Assembly: GCA_963803805.1 (NCBI GenBank)
Contig: CAWDOD010000003.1
Location: 448,001-512,000, forward strand
Origin: an uncultured cyanobacterium
GTDB lineage: Bacteria; Cyanobacteriota; Cyanobacteriia; Cyanobacteriales; CAWCAG01
Direction: 5' to 3'
DNA: 64,000 nt
Both the position numbers and the translations under genes were made by a program. Shown here piece after piece: positions 60,709-64,000 of the stretch (within the stretch, counting starts at the first letter, position 1; each line of letters starts with the position of its first letter). The notes beneath the pieces are model-generated. The model made no database searches. It was not told the DNA's origin and was given only the letters and a program-made list of their open reading frames with translations.

Positions 60709-62238
60709 ATGGGACTACCTTGGTATAGAGTGCATACAGTTGTCCTGAACGACCCAGGACGACTCATTGCCGTACACCTGATGCATACTGCCTTAGTCGC
60801 AGGATGGGCAGGTTCTATGGCTCTTTATGAGCTAGCAATTTTTGATCCCAGTGATCCCGTTTTGAATCCCATGTGGCGGCAAGGTATGTTTGTTTTGCCC
60901 TTCATGGCTCGTTTAGGTGTGACCGGATCTTGGGGTGGCTGGAATGTCACCGGAGAAATCGGTACAGACCCTGGATTTTGGTCTTTTGAAGGCGTAGCAT
61001 TAGCCCACATTGTTCTTTCTGGTCTTTTATTCCTAGCTGCTTGCTGGCACTGGGTATATTGGGATCTAGAACTATTTAGAGATTCTCGTACCGGAGAACC
61101 AGCCTTAGACTTGCCAAAAATGTTTGGTATTCACCTATTTTTGTCTGGTCTTCTTTGTTTTGGTTTTGGAGCCTTTCATCTCACCGGTCTGTTTGGACCG
61201 GGGATGTGGATCTCAGATCCCTATGGTCTAACAGGTCACGTACAACCTGTAGCACCGGAATGGGGACCAGCGGGTTTTAATCCTTTTAACCCAGGAGGTG
61301 TAGTTGCCCACCACATTGCAGCAGGAATTGTGGGCATTATTGCTGGTTTGTTCCACCTCAGTGTACGACCACCAGAAAGGTTATATCGCGCTCTGCGTAT
61401 GGGTAACATCGAAACAGTACTATCAAGTAGTATAGCTGCTGTTTTCTTCGCTGCCTTTGTCGTAGCAGGAACTATGTGGTACGGCAACGCCACCACACCA
61501 ATAGAACTATTTGGTCCAACCCGCTATCAATGGGATCAAGGCTACTTTCAGCAAGAAATTCAAAGGCGAGTTCAATCTGAATTAGCTGATGGTGCAACGG
61601 CACAAGAAGCTTGGGGTTCAATTCCTGACAAATTAGCTTTCTATGACTACATTGGTAACTCTCCAGCTAAAGGCGGTCTATTCCGTACTGGGGCAATGAA
61701 CAAAGGAAGCGGCATTGCTCAAGATTGGGCTGGACATCCTATTTTCAAGGATAGTGAAGGTCGCGAACTAACGGTTCGCCGTATGCCAAACTTCTTTGAA
61801 ACCTTCCCAGTAGTTTTAACTGATTCAGAAGGTGTAGTGCGCGCTGACATTCCTTTCCGTCGTGCAGAATCTAAATACAGTATTGAACAGACTGGTGTAA
61901 CAGTATCTTTGGCTGGTGGTTCTTTATCGGGTCAAACCTTTAAAGATCCCAAAGTAGTTAAACAGTTTGCCCGCAAATCTCAATTAGGAGAAATATTCGA
62001 GTTTGATACTGAAACCCTAAACTCTGACGGTGTATTCCGTACTAGTCCAAGGGGGTGGTTCACCTACGGTCACGCTGTATTCGCCTTGTTATTCTTCTTT
62101 GGTCATATTTGGCATGGTTCTCGGACATTGTTCCGCGACGTATTTGCTGGTGTTGAAGCAGACCTCGAAGAACAAGTCGAATGGGGTTTATTCCAGAAAC
62201 TTGGTGACAAAACCACTAGGGTAAAAGAAACCGCCTAA
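60709..62238 (+). CDS. psbB: Photosystem II CP47
   Basis: [29 protein letters not shown]. Confidence 0.98.
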   Translation: MGLPWYRVHTVVLNDPGRLIAVHLMHTALVAGWAGSMALYELAIFDPSDPVLNPMWRQGMFVLPFMARLGVTGSWGGWNVTGEIGTDPGFWSFEGVALAHIVLSGLLFLAACWHWVYWDLELFRDSRTGEPALDLPKMFGIHLFLSGLLCFGFGAFHLTGLFGPGMWISDPYGLTGHVQPVAPEWGPAGFNPFNPGGVVAHHIAAGIVGIIAGLFHLSVRPPERLYRALRMGNIETVLSSSIAAVFFAAFVVAGTMWYGNATTPIELFGPTRYQWDQGYFQQEIQRRVQSELADGATAQEAWGSIPDKLAFYDYIGNSPAKGGLFRTGAMNKGSGIAQDWAGHPIFKDSEGRELTVRRMPNFFETFPVVLTDSEGVVRADIPFRRAESKYSIEQTGVTVSLAGGSLSGQTFKDPKVVKQFARKSQLGEIFEFDTETLNSDGVFRTSPRGWFTYGHAVFALLFFFGHIWHGSRTLFRDVFAGVEADLEEQVEWGLFQKLGDKTTRVKETA

Positions 62239-62350
62239 ACAGGTTTCAATGACAAGGGTTTGGTTGAGACAGGGGGATTTTTTAATTTCTCTTTCCCCAC
62301 CAAGCCCTTTTCTTGATAGAATCTTATTAAAGCAATCAGGAAAATATATT

Positions 62351-62446
62351 ATGGAAAGCGTTGCTTACATTCTAGTTTTGACCCTTGCGCTAGGGGTACT
62401 TTTCTTTGCGATCGCCTTTCGGGAACCTCCCCGAATTGAGAAATAA
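62351..62446 (+). CDS. psbT: Photosystem II PsbT
   Basis: [31 protein letters not shown]. Confidence 0.95.
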   Translation: MESVAYILVLTLALGVLFFAIAFREPPRIEK

Positions 62447-62620
62447 GCGCTTCCCATTTATTTTAGTAAGATGGTGAATTGCTAAGCTTTATAGACCTTT
62501 TTGAGGTCCTGAGCCGAGGTTTTTTGTTAGTTCTCGAAAAAGAGAAATTGCAGAAAATGTGCGGCTCAGGTTTTTGTATTTGATTACTAATACATCCATT
62601 TCCTTTCTTGGAATACGATA

Positions 62621-63157
62621 ATGCAGTGTCCTTCTTGCCAGCACACAGATAGCCGCGTCTTAGAATCTCGCTCTACAGAAGGGGGTCAAAGCGTAAGACG
62701 AAGACGGGAGTGCTTGCTGTGCAAAAATCGCTTCACTACCTACGAACGCATTGAGTTTGTACCAATAACAGTGCATAAAAGAGATGGAAGCAAGGAGTCT
62801 TTTGATCGGTCTAAGCTTTTGAGAGGTATTGTGAGAGCTTGTGAAAAAACGGCTGTTACCCATAGACAGACAGAAGCGCTAGTTGACGATATTGAAGCTC
62901 AGATTCAACAACGTTCTGAAAGAGAGATTGCTAGTTATGAAATTGGTGAGTTAGTACTCAAGTATCTGCGTCAAGAAAATGAAGTTGCTTATGTGCGTTT
63001 TGCTTCAGTATATCGCCAATTTCAAGGTATCAAAGATTTCGTCGAAACATTGAATCAACTCCAAAATGAAATCAACGATATCTCAGAAAGTTGGCACTCA
63101 GCACCATCAGAAACAACAAATAGTGATCTTTCTAACTCAATGATGACACCTTCTTAA
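62621..63157 (+). CDS. nrdR: Transcriptional repressor NrdR
   Basis: CPSC...RRRREC..C..RFTTYE Zn ribbon and ATP cone, AYVRFASVY. Confidence 0.95.
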   Translation: MQCPSCQHTDSRVLESRSTEGGQSVRRRRECLLCKNRFTTYERIEFVPITVHKRDGSKESFDRSKLLRGIVRACEKTAVTHRQTEALVDDIEAQIQQRSEREIASYEIGELVLKYLRQENEVAYVRFASVYRQFQGIKDFVETLNQLQNEINDISESWHSAPSETTNSDLSNSMMTPS

Positions 63158-63533
63158 GAGCTAGCATCAACTTTTTACTTAAAAGATTAGTTATTTTGCA
63201 GTTACTTTTAAGTTACAATAGTTACTCTGTGTCCTTGGTTGGTTCACAACTTTTTGCTAAAAATATCTAACCTTGCATCCTGCCTTCAAAAAATACTTGA
63301 GCTTAGGTCTAAAATTATTAGCCAAAGCCATTCTCACAGAATCTCTAGGGAGGGATGTTGTTTTGTGATGGATAGCAAATATTTAGTTTGGCCTTGTTAG
63401 ATACTGTAGTAAGAATTCTATAACTAAAGGCATAATGAGAGTGATAGGTGCAGATCCTATTTAAGAAAGGTGAGCGTAAATCGCAATCAAGACAAAGTAA
63501 CTACGGAGATAACAACTAGGAATTTAAACGCAC

Positions 63534-64000
63534 ATGGTCAGTCAGCAAACAACTGTTAATAAAGATATTGGTTTTACTCATGAGGATTTTGCCGCCCTTT
63601 TAGACAAATACGACTATCACTTTAGTCCGGGAGATATTGTCGCTGGGACTGTATTTAGTATGGAACCAAGGGGCGCTTTGATTGACATTGGTGCGAAAAC
63701 TGCTGCCTATATCCCCATTCAAGAAATGTCAATTAACCGAGTTGACGATCCTACTGAAGTCTTGCAGTCTGATGAGACAAGGGAATTTTTCATTTTAACT
63801 GATGAGAACGAAGATGGGCAGTTAACCCTCTCTATTCGCCGCATAGAATATATGCGAGCTTGGGAGCGAGTTCGTCAACTCCAAAATGAAGATGCGACAG
63901 TACGCTCAGCCGTGTTCGCCACTAATAGAGGAGGAGCCTTAGTACGTATCGAAGGATTGCGAGGCTTTATCCCTGGCTCTCACATCAGTACGCGACAGCC
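63534..64000 (+). CDS. rps1: 30S ribosomal protein S1, 3' truncated by window edge (absent from ORF track)
   Basis: MVSQQTTVNKDIGFTHEDFAALLDKYDYHFSPGDIVAGTVFSMEPRGALIDIGAK. Confidence 0.95.
   Translation, partial: MVSQQTTVNKDIGFTHEDFAALLDKYDYHFSPGDIVAGTVFSMEPRGALIDIGAKTAAYIPIQEMSINRVDDPTEVLQSDETREFFILTDENEDGQLTLSIRRIEYMRAWERVRQLQNEDATVRSAVFATNRGGALVRIEGLRGFIPGSHISTRQ

Larger units (their letters stand above)
515..62415. repeat. Dispersed HIP1 octamer GCGATCGC (more than 20 copies)
   Basis: Examples at 515 and approximately 5006, 8800, 9946, 12142, 15531, 22838, 34206, 43684, 57907, 62408; cyanobacterial hallmark. Confidence 0.9.

Noticed and set aside
62249..62350. N-terminal extension of PsbT
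   Set aside because: PsbT is about 31 aa and starts at MESVAY (62351)
1515..62863. Numerous 60-130 aa ORFs overlapping annotated genes (for example 1515-1763, 15351-15641, 28605-28952, 39080-39286, 44660-45049)
   Set aside because: Antisense or alternate-frame shadows of well-supported genes with no independent motifs

Overview
Chromosomal window from an AT-rich oxygenic cyanobacterium (psbD, psbB-psbT, gun4, ictB, gap2, a cph2-like photoreceptor, and more than 20 HIP1 GCGATCGC octamers). Most of it is core genes: deoC-recO-MFS-GT4, tRNA-Glu, yacP, ndk, glgA, hemC, ybaB-murB-murC, argZ, icd, smpB, carA-STAS-mrnC-rlmB, ychF, cbiT, cdsA, nrdR and rps1. Accessory material clusters at about 7.2-8.7 kb and 12-21.7 kb. 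It includes two apparently identical IS982 copies without target duplications, a frameshifted HTH gene, an XRE regulator with a perfect 22-bp palindrome, a stop-interrupted small gene, a membrane TPR protein, a MazEF-type TA pair, an IS-truncated TPR-CHAT protease and a patatin. Smaller accessory patches lie at 31-33 kb, 38-39.5 kb (tandem di-globin divergent from cph2) and 48.5-51.7 kb (KptA plus atypical AAA ATPase, a MITE, an inactive retropepsin). I see no CRISPR array, prophage or complete known defence system. The best candidates for undescribed biology are the cph2/di-globin pair, the XRE-TPR-TA-CHAT island and the KptA-AAA pair; all three are inferences that need comparative checks. 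Calls rest on motif recognition by eye; no searches were run.
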